The notes under the pieces: generated by a model
The model's input: only the letters and a program-made list of their open reading frames with translations
What the model was told of the DNA's origin: nothing
Databases searched by the model: none
Shown: positions 62,156-64,000 of the stretch, in pieces
How positions within the stretch are numbered: the first letter of the stretch is position 1
Layout: every line of letters begins with the position of its first letter
Made by a program: the position numbers and the translations under genes
From: Haliotis rubra
Lineage: Eukaryota
Direction: 5' to 3'
DNA: 64,000 nt
Assembly: GCF_003918875.1 (NCBI RefSeq)
Contig: NW_025767651.1
Location: 310,001 to 374,000, forward strand

Positions 62156-62688
62156 TTCCTCTCACATCAAACCGACATGTGGTGGCATGACTGAACAATT
62201 GTTTAACAAAACCAGTGTCAAAGCAAACACTCATTTACTCTTTCTTGCTGATAGAGCAACGTTCGTGCCATATCAACCGATCCATTCAGTCATACCCAAA
62301 CACATAGACCTGCCTTCACCGCTGCCTGACTCTCATTAGGACAGCCAACCTCCCCAAGCATGTCTGATGTTGACTTAATACGCCCACACTCTACCACTGG
62401 AAACCTTTCCTCCACATCCTTTGATGGGCACCACATCTGCTTGTCTGTGATGGTTAAGAGGTTAGCGCTAGACGCTGTAGTCAATGGCAACATTGTTTAC
62501 CATGATACGTTGCAGAACGTCATCCGAGGGGGTAATGTCGTTAATGGAATGTTCAATTGGTTTTTACTCACCATACCGACAGATCGAGATTTGTACTGTA
62601 CGGCCGACTTCGTCATATCGAGGATAAACCGCTCAACCAAACAAGATGTCACAAGCTTTTACGTTTTGAATGGTGCTTATGACTAAGG

Positions 62689-62920
62689 GACCCGTGAAGA
62701 TCCGGGTTAGAATTGGTCTTCAGTAACTCATGCTTGTCGTGGAAGGCGACTAACGGGATCGGGTGGTCAGGCTCGCTGACTTGGTTGACACATGTCATAG
62801 TATCCCAATTGCGTTAATAGATGCTCATGCTGTCTGATCGCTGGACTGCTCCAGACTCGATTATTTAAATGCCGCCGCCATATAGGTGGAATATTGCTGA
62901 GTGCGGCGTAAAACAAGAAA
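62689..62920 (+). mobile_element. Family B copy
   Basis: Full length. Confidence 0.88.
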
Positions 62921-64000
62921 CGAAATATATCGAGGATGACACTGGTAAAGAGACGCTGGCTGTATGTGTATCATCTTAGTGAACACAGTGAACGGGTGAG
63001 TTGAGTCGACACACAGAACAGTGGCAGATGTAGACTCACGCTTACTCTCTTAACGTTCATGACAACAGATAATTCCTTATAAATTGAAAAAGAAAACCTT
63101 GTGAGACGGGAGATTCAGAACCTGAGGAAAATCTAGACTTGCTTCATTTAAGGGCTGGGCGGAAGGGACAATAATGCGGTTTATGGGTTGAGGGACTGAC
63201 TATATATGGCAGTTCCAGGACTGTGCTCGTTTCACTAAACTGTCAAAGATCTAAGTTACTTCGGCCTTTTTCCCTCAATAACCTGACGCGCCGTTATATA
63301 ACTGGAATATTCTTAAGGCAGCTCACACACAATGATTTAGGATTCGAACACTTGAGCAGTGTATCCTTGCACATCAAACGTTGGAATGAGGACTTAAATG
63401 GTATTTTGGAAGACCATGAAAACATGACAGGTTCTTATGAATAACAATGAATACAAGTGCCTTGAATAATCATTGTAACAAATATCTTCAAGAAGCTGTC
63501 ATGTGCAATCTCAGTATATTTTTATGATGCCATAATGATTTTTATTTTCAAAATTGTGACGTCATTTTTCAGTAATATCATTGTTTCATTTTACGTCTGA
63601 CTGAATGAAGATCGTTCGGGAAATGTTGAAAATATCCCTTTGCCTGTGTCATCTATGAGAAAGGGGTGAGCCAGGGAGATGGTGTGACAAGGTGTTCTTT
63701 GACTGAATCCAATGTCTTCCCAGGCAACGTGGTATAAATTATATACTGTACTGTTCACTATGATCATTATCTACCTGCAGAAGGGGCAAGAACTAGGCCA
63801 GAAACGTGGTGAAAAATAAATCAAGAAATTGTTATCCCTAAGATTTGTCTTGTATTCAACAAATTACCACGTATTCTTGGTGCACGACAATACACCGCCT
63901 AAGCGGGCTATAAAGCTTTGCGAGGGAGAATAAATCATTTTTAACCCGCCCCATGGAAACAAAGCCTGCAGTCAGTGAACTATGAACCAGTGGTTCGGAT

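Noticed and set aside
62160-62686. 112-aa and 108-aa ORFs
   Set aside because: No recognisable motif; possibly a decayed element but not assignable.

Overview
Eukaryotic, repeat-rich animal genomic DNA. The SINE content suggests a mollusc, probably a gastropod such as abalone; this is inference. Two spliced protein-coding genes lie tail-to-tail and were reconstructed by hand from GT-AG junctions with matching phases. (1) Plus strand: a 3-exon, ~225-aa secreted PAN/Apple - EGF/EB - PAN/Apple protein (2378-6277). (2) Minus strand: a 5-exon, 435-aa calponin-like muscle protein with one CH domain and 7 calponin (CLIK) repeats (27960-7772). The rest is intron and intergenic DNA. It holds roughly 40 SINE-like copies from at least five families, decayed LINEs (L2/Crack, CR1, RTE-X-like, R4/Dong-like), a Penelope-like remnant with three nested insertions, a Tc1 remnant, several MITEs, about 12 minisatellites and 3 assembly gaps. 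Best leads: a promoter-less retroposon family with a fixed 5' end and a pseudoknotted head (ribozyme candidate); three SINE families sharing one tail and 13-bp TSDs; a 41-codon phospholamban-like membrane sORF beside the calponin gene; and a 5S-rRNA-headed Deu/Nin SINE. Repeat family names come from recalled motifs, not database searches.
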